Below are positions 10,188 to 16,717 of a stretch of DNA of 16,717 nt, piece after piece. The translations under genes and the position numbers were made by a program. Under the pieces are notes generated by a model. It did no database searches. It worked only from the letters and a program-made list of their open reading frames with translations, and was not told the DNA's origin. Source of the DNA: Bacteroides sp. (GTDB lineage Bacteria; Bacteroidota; Bacteroidia; G022818785); assembly GCA_022818785.1 (NCBI GenBank), contig CP063811.1, positions 254,212 through 270,928 of the forward strand. Reading direction: 5' to 3'. Position 1 is the first letter of the stretch. Every line of letters starts with the position of its first letter.

Positions 10188-11438
10188 TCAATATTGATTT
10201 TTATCTTTTACATTGAGTGGCAATTGTTCTATTGAATTTAAATTTCTAATTATCGCATTTGTACGAGTAGTTATTAATTTTTCTAATTCTTCATTGGCTT
10301 CTATAATCTTTTTTTGAGTTTTTGTTAAAACAGAATCAAACTTTTCGAATTCATATTTAATAGCTTTTAAAAGATTCCATACTTCACTGCTTCTTTTTTG
10401 CAATCTTAAAGTTCTGAATCCAACTTGTAAACTATTAAGAATAGCTGCCAAAGTAGTAGGACCTGCAACAATTATTTTATAATTTCGTTGCAAATATTCT
10501 ATTATTCCAGGTTGATTAATAACTTCTAAAAATAAATTTTCAAAAGGTAAAAACATAATTGCAAAATCAGTAGTATAAGGAGGGTCTATATATTTATCAC
10601 ATATATCTTTTGCAAACTTTTTAATAGAATAATTTAACATTTTTTTTGTTTTGTTAATACCTTCAATATTTCCTATATCATATGATTTTTGTAATTTCGT
10701 ATATATTTCTTGAGGAAATTTTGCATCAATAGGCATATATAGTATGTCATCGTTATCATTATTGGGTAATTTAATTGCAAATTCAACGAAAAAATTACTG
10801 TCTTTTTTAGTACGTACATTAGAATCGTATTGATCTAAGGTCATAATTTGACTTAAAATATTTTTTAATTGCATTTCTCCTAGTATTCCTTTAGTTTTAA
10901 TATTGGATAATATTTTTTTTAAATCACCAACACCAGAAGCTAATGAATGTATTTGGCCTAACTCTTTTTGAATAGAATATATATTTTCATTAAATACTTT
11001 TAATGAATTAGAAAGTGTATTGTTTAATGTTTTTTCAAATTTTTTGTCAATTGATAATTCTAATTTGTCTATTCCAATTTGTATAGATTTGAAAAAATCT
11101 AATTGATAATTAGATATATTAGCAAATTTATCATTTTGTAAAATTTTAAAATCGTATAAATATTTTGATAGATTTTGATTAGTATCATTAATTAATTTAT
11201 TATTACTATCATATAATTTGTGTAAATTATTATTAAGAGTTAATTGTAAATTATTAATACTAATATTTAATTCTTCTCTATTGCTTTTTAAAAATTTTAA
11301 AATCTCTAATCTATCATTTAGAGCTTCTTTTTTTAATATAATATTAATATTATGAATGTTATTAAAATTAACATAAATAGATATAAATAATAGGATTATT
11401 ATAATTGAAAATAGACCAAACAAATAAAATAATATCAT
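10188..11438 (-). CDS. rmuC: DNA recombination protein RmuC family
   Basis: N-terminal TM helix, coiled-coil, LASGVGDLKKILSNIKTKGILGEMQL, PIDAKFPQE, KYIDPPYTTDFAIMFLPFE, AGPTTLAAILNSLQVGFRTL. Confidence 0.93.
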   Translation of the reverse strand: MILFYLFGLFSIIIILLFISIYVNFNNIHNINIILKKEALNDRLEILKFLKSNREELNISINNLQLTLNNNLHKLYDSNNKLINDTNQNLSKYLYDFKILQNDKFANISNYQLDFFKSIQIGIDKLELSIDKKFEKTLNNTLSNSLKVFNENIYSIQKELGQIHSLASGVGDLKKILSNIKTKGILGEMQLKNILSQIMTLDQYDSNVRTKKDSNFFVEFAIKLPNNDNDDILYMPIDAKFPQEIYTKLQKSYDIGNIEGINKTKKMLNYSIKKFAKDICDKYIDPPYTTDFAIMFLPFENLFLEVINQPGIIEYLQRNYKIIVAGPTTLAAILNSLQVGFRTLRLQKRSSEVWNLLKAIKYEFEKFDSVLTKTQKKIIEANEELEKLITTRTNAIIRNLNSIEQLPLNVKDKNQY

Positions 11439-11462
11439 AAGTTATTTACAATATAAATAAAA

Positions 11463-11762
11463 TACCTGGAGCGGGAGTTGAACCCGCACAATCATTCCTG
11501 ATTACAGGATTTTCATACTACTACAATTTTCATTGCATTTTATAAAAATAAAATTTTGTAGTCTGGACTATCTCTTCAATTTATATTATATAAATTGCTT
11601 CCCGTATAGTCTCTACACCTTTTTCAAAATATTAATTTTAAAAATTGGCTCGGGATTGCCATATTTACAAAAATTTAGGTTCCCCCGAATTTGAGAAGTT
11701 CTACCTTTTATTGGCACTCAAATTATTAAGTCCTGCGTGTCTACCAATTCCACCATCCAGGC
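11463..11762 (-). tRNA. tRNA-Leu(UAA) interrupted by an intron: exon 1 11762-11728 (35 nt), exon 2 11513-11463 (51 nt); CCA not encoded
   Basis: Joined exons GCCTGGATGGTGGAATTGGTAGACACGCAGGACTT|AAAATCCTGTAATCAGGAATGATTGTGCGGGTTCAACTCCCGCTCCAGGTA give an 86-nt class II tRNA. Acceptor GCCTGGA/TCCAGGT, anticodon arm CAGGA-CTTAAAA-TCCTG, long variable arm, discriminator A. Confidence 0.95.
11514..11727 (-). ncRNA. Group I self-splicing intron (IC3-like), 214 nt, no ORF
   Basis: P AAUUCGGGGGAA (11691-11680), Q AAUCCCGAGC (11657-11648), R GUGUAGAGACUAUA (11618-11605), S AAGAGAUAGUCC (11576-11565). P1 ACUU|AA pairs with UUGAGU, placing U.G at the 5' splice site. P3 CUUCUC/GGGAAG, P4 UUCGGG/CCCGAG, P7 GACUA/UAGUC, terminal G at 11514. 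Confidence 0.95.
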
Positions 11763-11771
11763 AATACTAAA

Positions 11772-11844
11772 AGCGAAAGACGAGTTTCGAACTCGCTACC
11801 TTCACCTTGGCAAGGTGACGCTCTACCAATTGAGCTACTTTCGC
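11772..11844 (-). tRNA. tRNA-Gly(GCC), CCA not encoded
   Basis: GCGAAAGTAGCTCAATTGGTAGAGCGTCACCTTGCCAAGGTGAAGGTAGCGAGTTCGAAACTCGTCTTTCGCT; anticodon GCC, discriminator U; 9 nt upstream of tRNA-Leu. Confidence 0.97.
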
Positions 11845-11965
11845 AAAGTAAGTAATAATACCATAAATATAAAAAAAGTATTTTTAATATATCAATTTTT
11901 AGTTAAAAAATAATATATTGTAGAATATATATAAACATCATATAAATATAAATATAAAAATAAAC

Positions 11966-12958
11966 ATGTGTAAATATATACCTATTCTTGATTATAAAAT
12001 ATATGCAAATTGGTATGAATCAATGTTATTGATGCGTAAATTTGAAGAAAAATCAGGCCAACTTTATGGTCAACAAAAAATTAAAGGATTTTGTCATTTA
12101 TATATAGGTCAAGAAGCAATAGTAGCTGGTAGTATGTCTGCAATAGATTTCAAAGATCCTGTTATCACATCATATAGAGATCATGCACATGCTATAGGAA
12201 AAGGAGTGGATCCTAAGCATATCATGGCAGAATTATATGGTAAAATAACTGGATGCTGTAAAGGAAAGGGAGGATCTATGCATATTTTTTCTAAAAAACA
12301 TTATTTTTTTGGAGGTCATGGCATAGTAGGAGGACAAATACCATTAGGAGCTGGAATTGCTATGGCTGCTAAATATAAAAATAGTAAGCAAGTTTGTCTT
12401 TGTTTTTTAGGAGATGGAGCAGTTCGACAAGGTGTTTTTAATGAAACATTAAATATGTCAATTTTATGGAAACTTCCAGTAATTTTTATATGCGAAAATA
12501 ATGGATATGCTATGGGAACTTCTATAAATAAGACTACCAATACTACTGATATTTATCAAATAGGAAAATATTATGGAATAAATTCTTTTAAAGTTGACGG
12601 AATGTGTTGTGAATCAGTACATTCTGTTATTAAAAATGTAGTTGATAATGCTAGATCAGGGGCTGGCCCTGCCTTAATAGAGGCTAAAACATATAGATAT
12701 AAAGGTCATTCAATGTCTGATCCAGCTAAATATAGAACACGTGAAGAACTCAATTTTTATAAAAATTTAGATCCTATTGAAAAAATAAAAAATATTATTA
12801 TAAATAAATTCAATAATGTTGACTTTATAGAAAAAATAGAAAAAAAAGTTATTAAAATAATTGAAGAATCTGTTTCTTTTGCTGAAAACTCTAGTATGCC
12901 TTCAGAAGAAGAATTATATAAAGATGTTTATGTACAAAAAAATTATCCTTTTATTTAA
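11966..12958 (+). CDS. pdhA: Pyruvate dehydrogenase E1 alpha subunit
   Basis: GFCHLYIGQEA, YRDHAH, GKGGSMH, GGHGIVGGQ, TPP motif GDGA...ENN, TYRYKGHSMSDP. Confidence 0.97.
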   Translation: MCKYIPILDYKIYANWYESMLLMRKFEEKSGQLYGQQKIKGFCHLYIGQEAIVAGSMSAIDFKDPVITSYRDHAHAIGKGVDPKHIMAELYGKITGCCKGKGGSMHIFSKKHYFFGGHGIVGGQIPLGAGIAMAAKYKNSKQVCLCFLGDGAVRQGVFNETLNMSILWKLPVIFICENNGYAMGTSINKTTNTTDIYQIGKYYGINSFKVDGMCCESVHSVIKNVVDNARSGAGPALIEAKTYRYKGHSMSDPAKYRTREELNFYKNLDPIEKIKNIIINKFNNVDFIEKIEKKVIKIIEESVSFAENSSMPSEEELYKDVYVQKNYPFI

Positions 12959-12996
12959 CAAAATAATTAATTTATCATTATAAAAGATATACAAAT

Positions 12997-14133
12997 ATGT
13001 CAGAAATTATCAAAATGCCTAAAATGAGTGATACCATGATAAGTGGAACTTTAGTTAAATGGCATAAAAAAATAGGTGATAACATAGTACCAGGAGATAT
13101 GATAGCTGAAATAGAAACTGACAAAGCTATAATGGATTTAGAATCTTATCATAAAGGAATTTTACTATATATAGGTGTAAAAGAAAATGAAAATGTGCCT
13201 GTAGATTCTATTATAGCAATTTTAGGTGATAAAAACGAAGATATATCAAGTATTATTAATCAAAATGATGTTAAAAAATGCAATAATACTCTTAGTGATT
13301 CAAAAAAAGACCAAATAAAAGCATCACCTTTAGCTAAAAAAATGGCTATTGATAAAAATATATCATTGAGAGATGTAATATCTAAAAATGAAAGAATAAC
13401 CAAAAATGATATTATTAATCATGAATTAAAACATTCTTATCAAGAAAAGAATGTAAATTATTATGATGTTCCTACTTCTAGTATAAGAAATATTATTGCA
13501 TTAAAATTATCAAAAAGTAAATTTACAGCACCACATTTTTATATTAAAATAGCTGTAAGAACAGATAAACTTAATAAATTAAAAAATGAAATTTTCAATG
13601 ATTTTAACATTAAAATATCTTTTAATAATTTTATTATAAAAGCAGTTAGTAATGCTATTAAATTACATCCTAATATTAATACATCATGGAATGATAGCTA
13701 TATAAGATATTTCAAAAATATTAATATTGGTGTTGCTGTATCTACCAATGAAAATTTATATACTCCTGTAATAAAAAATACAGAAAATAAATCATTATCT
13801 GATATATCAAATATTATGAAAGATTTGATATATAAAGCCCAAAATAATAAATTTAATAAAGAAGATCTTGAAAATAGTACATTTACAATATCTAATTTAG
13901 GTATGTATGGTGTTGAAGAGTTTACGGCTATTATTAATCCTCCTAATGCATGTATATTATCTATTGGTAGTATACAGAAAATACCACATGTAATAGATGA
14001 TAAAATTAAAATATGCAGTCAATTAAAAATGATATTATCATGTGATCATAGATTAGTAGATGGAAAAATAGGAGCTGAATTTTTATCTACATTAAAAAAC
14101 ATTATTGAAAATCCATTTAAAATACTTATATAA
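12997..14133 (+). CDS. pdhC: Pyruvate dehydrogenase E2 dihydrolipoamide acetyltransferase (single lipoyl domain)
   Basis: Lipoyl domain MPKMSDTM...IETDKA, binding domain KASPLAKKMA, catalytic TFTISNLG, AIINPP, SCDHRLVDG; follows pdhA. Confidence 0.94.
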   Translation: MSEIIKMPKMSDTMISGTLVKWHKKIGDNIVPGDMIAEIETDKAIMDLESYHKGILLYIGVKENENVPVDSIIAILGDKNEDISSIINQNDVKKCNNTLSDSKKDQIKASPLAKKMAIDKNISLRDVISKNERITKNDIINHELKHSYQEKNVNYYDVPTSSIRNIIALKLSKSKFTAPHFYIKIAVRTDKLNKLKNEIFNDFNIKISFNNFIIKAVSNAIKLHPNINTSWNDSYIRYFKNINIGVAVSTNENLYTPVIKNTENKSLSDISNIMKDLIYKAQNNKFNKEDLENSTFTISNLGMYGVEEFTAIINPPNACILSIGSIQKIPHVIDDKIKICSQLKMILSCDHRLVDGKIGAEFLSTLKNIIENPFKILI

Positions 14134-14136
14134 TAA

Positions 14137-14697
14137 TTAAATTTTTTCCAAATATATTTTATTTTTAGTATCAATAAGAATCACATCTGAACTTTTTATA
14201 AAAGCAGGTACTTTTATTTTAAGTCCTGTTTCTAGTTCAGCATATGTAAATATATTAGTAGCAGTATTACCCTTAACTGCTTTTTCAACATGTTTAACAA
14301 TATATTTATTTTTATTAGGAATTTGAATTAAAAAAGGATTTTTATTAGAGTCAAATAAAACTTTAATTACCATAAAATATATTAATAAATCTTTATAATC
14401 ATTAAATAGTTTTTCTTCAATTTCGTATTGTTCAAATGTTTCATTATCCATTAAAACATATGTTTTATTATTTTTATATATATATTGCATACTTTTACAA
14501 GTGATATACTCTATAATAACTTCTTCATTTGGTCTAAATCTGTAATTGACAATTTTATCATTTAAAACATTTCGCATTTTAGCACTATATGATGCTCTAG
14601 TTTTACATGGTGTATTATGTATAAATTCTATTATATGCAAAAGTTCATTTCTAAATCTTATGTAATTACCTATTTTTATATCTGATGCTTTATGCAT
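14137..14697 (-). CDS. efp: Translation elongation factor P
   Basis: 186 aa; ASDIKIG, MQYIY, LMDNETFEQ, AVKGNTA, AELETGLKIKVPAFIKSSDVILIDT...YLEK; loop HNTPCKTRA. Confidence 0.92.
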   Translation of the reverse strand: MHKASDIKIGNYIRFRNELLHIIEFIHNTPCKTRASYSAKMRNVLNDKIVNYRFRPNEEVIIEYITCKSMQYIYKNNKTYVLMDNETFEQYEIEEKLFNDYKDLLIYFMVIKVLFDSNKNPFLIQIPNKNKYIVKHVEKAVKGNTATNIFTYAELETGLKIKVPAFIKSSDVILIDTKNKIYLEKI

Positions 14698-15316
14698 AAT
14701 TATTTAAATTTAAAATATTTTCGCAAAACTTATATTCATTCTTATTATTTGAAAATATTATTATTAATTTTTTTTTATTTAAATATTTTATTAATTTTTC
14801 TTCATACCATATTAAGCCGTCCTTATCTAAATACATAGTTGGTTCATCCAATATGATTATACTAGAGTTAGTATTAAAAGCCAATAAGAGTTTTAGTTTT
14901 TGTTTGATACCATCTGACATATTTTTATATAAAATATTTTTGTATTGTGCCAAATTACATTGTTGTATATCTTGATCAATTTCTTTTTGAGAATATTTGT
15001 TTTTAAATATAAAGTGGAATTTAATTATATCTTTGTAATCGATATTTTCTATTAAACTAACGGAAGGCAATACTATAGATAAATGTTTATAAATAGTATC
15101 CAAAGAATAATGATATTTTAATATGTGATTATAATATTGTATATATCCTGTATTATATGAAGTAATTCCAATTAAAATTTTTGCTAATGTAGATTTACCA
15201 ATCCCATTTTTTCCTATTATTGCATAACTTTTATTATACTCAAAAACATAACTCAAATCTTTGAATAAGATCATATTATTATAAGATTTGCTAATCTTAT
15301 TTAGATATATATTCAT
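14690..15316 (-). CDS. Stand-alone ABC-type ATP-binding protein
   Basis: Walker A GKNGIGKST, signature-like MSDGIKQK, Walker B IIILDEPT. No permease is adjacent; overlaps the efp start by 8 nt. Confidence 0.85.
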   Translation of the reverse strand: MNIYLNKISKSYNNMILFKDLSYVFEYNKSYAIIGKNGIGKSTLAKILIGITSYNTGYIQYYNHILKYHYSLDTIYKHLSIVLPSVSLIENIDYKDIIKFHFIFKNKYSQKEIDQDIQQCNLAQYKNILYKNMSDGIKQKLKLLLAFNTNSSIIILDEPTMYLDKDGLIWYEEKLIKYLNKKKLIIIFSNNKNEYKFCENILNLNNYA

Positions 15317-15321
15317 GAAAT

Positions 15322-15789
15322 TTATGTTTTATTTTGTACTAATTTAACATTAAATTCAGATTCCGATGCAATTGAATTATTTATATATATTATTCCATAT
15401 ATGGTATATATATTTCTTTTAAGATTATTATTTATTTTACAATAAATCAACAAATTGTCATTTGGTTTTATTATCAATCTAAATTTAGCATAATTAATAG
15501 AAATTAAATAAATAAAGAAATTTTCAGGTTTTTTTCTATTATGTAATAATAGAAAATTAGCTGCTTGTGCCATCGATTCTATTTGCATTACACCTGGCAT
15601 AATAGACATCCCAGGAAAATGACCCAAAAAATCTAAATCTTTTTTATTAATTTCCTTTGTAGCCCATATATTATCTTTATCAATTTGTATAATTTTATCT
15701 AAAAAAAGAAAAGGAGACCTATGCTTCAAAACATATTTAATATCATTAATATGATAACAACAATATTCTCTTTTATATGGAAAGATCAA
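15322..15789 (-). CDS. fabZ: 3-hydroxyacyl-ACP dehydratase FabZ (non-AUG start; exact start uncertain)
   Basis: LKHRSPFLFLDKI, FLGHFPGMSIMPGVMQIESMAQ, AKFR..I.P.D.L hotdog-fold motifs. Confidence 0.92.
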   Translation of the reverse strand: MIFPYKREYCCYHINDIKYVLKHRSPFLFLDKIIQIDKDNIWATKEINKKDLDFLGHFPGMSIMPGVMQIESMAQAANFLLLHNRKKPENFFIYLISINYAKFRLIIKPNDNLLIYCKINNNLKRNIYTIYGIIYINNSIASESEFNVKLVQNKT

Positions 15790-15801
15790 AATGCAATAAT
15801 A

Positions 15802-16218
15802 TTACTTACAAAATTTTTTTATAGTTTCGCTAATGTTTTTCGATATTATTTCCTCATTATTTTTTTCAAAAAAACTTCTGTCCATTATAGAGACTATTTT
15901 AGAATTTACTAATAATATCAGTGAAGGAGATGATGAAAAATCATCATTTGCATAGCTTTTAACTGCTTTTGCTGCTTCAATGTCTATACCATCAAATACA
16001 GTAACTAGTTTTTCAGGAATAATTTTTAAATTTTCGATAGCATTTATTAATGAACTTCTAGTTTTAATTCCCACACATCCACATACAGAATTTATAAAAA
16101 TTAAAATACTTTTATGATTTTTAATAATTTGATGTATTTCTTGTGGATCAACAATTTCTTGAAATCCAGCTGATACTACTTCTTCTTTCATATAATTAAT
16201 TATATACTCAGGATACAT
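15802..16218 (-). CDS. BrxA/BrxB family bacilliredoxin (YphP/YqiW, DUF1094)
   Basis: MYPE...M.EE...AGF, INSVCGC active-site motif, LVTVF.G.D.EA, SSPS; 138 aa. Confidence 0.88.
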   Translation of the reverse strand: MYPEYIINYMKEEVVSAGFQEIVDPQEIHQIIKNHKSILIFINSVCGCVGIKTRSSLINAIENLKIIPEKLVTVFDGIDIEAAKAVKSYANDDFSSSPSLILLVNSKIVSIMDRSFFEKNNEEIISKNISETIKKFCK

Positions 16219-16396
16219 ATTTCTTCTATTTAAAATTAGTTAATAAAATACAATGATTTAATAATTAGATATAATTATACAAAATATTAATAATTATATA
16301 AAATATTCTATTATGCAAAATAACATTTAATTTCGTAATTTTAGTATCAATTGTTAAACAAAAAGAAATAAATTTACAGCATAAATATTATGTTTT

Positions 16397-16717
16397 ATGA
16401 AAAAGATAAACGAATATGAAAATATTATAATCATTGATTCTTTGTTAAAAGATCAAGAAATTCAAGAAACAATAAAACAATGTGAACTTTTTTTACTATC
16501 ACATAAAGTAGAAATTATTAATAAAGAAGACTGGGGATTAAGAAAATTAGCTTTTAAAATAAAAAACAGACATAATGGATATTATTATATATTCAGATAT
16601 AAAACCAATAGCATAAACATTGAAATTATCAATAAAATAAATAATAAAAATGATAAAATAATAAGATCTATGATAATAAAATTAGATAAAAATGCTATAA
16701 ATTTTTATAATAAAAAA
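16397..16717 (+). CDS. rpsF: 30S ribosomal protein S6, runs off window end (not in ORF track)
   Basis: Manual translation: MKKINEYENIIIIDSLLKDQEIQETIKQCELFLLSHKVEIINKEDWGLRKLAFKIKNRHNGYYYIFRY...DKIIRSMIIKLDKNAINFYNKK. The YE, WGLRKLA..I and GYY motifs are those of bS6. Confidence 0.93.
   Translation, partial: MKKINEYENIIIIDSLLKDQEIQETIKQCELFLLSHKVEIINKEDWGLRKLAFKIKNRHNGYYYIFRYKTNSINIEIINKINNKNDKIIRSMIIKLDKNAINFYNKK

Noticed and set aside
10188-11438. RmuC (nuclease-like fold) as a free-standing homing endonuclease or integrated element next to the intron-bearing tRNA
   Set aside because: RmuC is a widespread chromosomal family with an N-terminal TM helix. There is no integrase, no duplicated tRNA 3' end (att site) and no compositional shift.
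2601-11438. Reassigned genetic code (UGA=Trp), as in some tiny AT-rich genomes
   Set aside because: TGA ends hflX, pdxJ and rmuC at expected lengths, Trp codons checked are TGG, and all genes are full length under code 11.
11463-11762. Reading the locus as tmRNA, a pseudo-tRNA or two tRNA fragments
   Set aside because: There is no Ala-type G3:U70 acceptor or tag ORF. The halves join into a complete Leu cloverleaf and the insert has the full group I core.
8324-12540. Short antisense ORFs at 8324-8515, 9365-9568 and 12316-12540
   Set aside because: They lie opposite conserved parts of ruvB, asd and pdhA and show no recognisable motifs.
4900-14133. dnaK missing beside grpE-dnaJ and pdhB missing between pdhA and pdhC
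   Set aside because: Both arrangements are usual in Bacteroidota, where those genes lie elsewhere, so this is not evidence of loss.
15721-15912. 63-aa hydrophobic plus-strand ORF
   Set aside because: It is antisense to fabZ and brx; the Phe/Ile richness just mirrors A-rich codons on the coding strand.
16219-16396. Possible small RNA, S6:S18 leader or CRISPR-like repeats in the brx-rpsF divergent spacer
   Set aside because: I could not find a convincing stem, conserved motif or periodic repeat; it looks like an AT-rich divergent promoter region.

Overview
This 16.7 kb window comes from an extremely AT-rich (roughly 20% GC in coding regions, estimated by eye), gene-dense Bacteroidota genome with the hallmarks of a reduced host-restricted symbiont. 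Several characters suggest a Sphingobacteriales-like rather than Flavobacteriales ancestry (inference). The minus strand carries an rRNA operon: 16S, tRNA-Ile(GAU), tRNA-Ala(UGC) and the 5' end of 23S. It is followed by hflX, mqnC, grpE, dnaJ, pdxJ, fabI, ruvB, asd (+), then rmuC, tRNA-Leu(UAA), tRNA-Gly(GCC) (-), pdhA, pdhC (+), efp, an ABC ATPase, fabZ, a BrxA/BrxB bacilliredoxin (-), and a partial rpsF (+) missing from the ORF track. The standout feature is a 214-nt, ORF-less, AU-rich group I intron (IC3-like) splitting the anticodon of tRNA-Leu(UAA), at the same site as the cyanobacterial/plastid trnL intron. Its P1-P9 pairings, terminal G and a GAAA-tetraloop/11-nt-receptor pair can all be read from the sequence. 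Other oddities are an EF-P loop reading TPCKT, a stand-alone FabZ with no AUG start that looks cut from an LpxC-FabZ fusion, a one-lipoyl PDH E2, and 16S mismatches to EUB338/341F.
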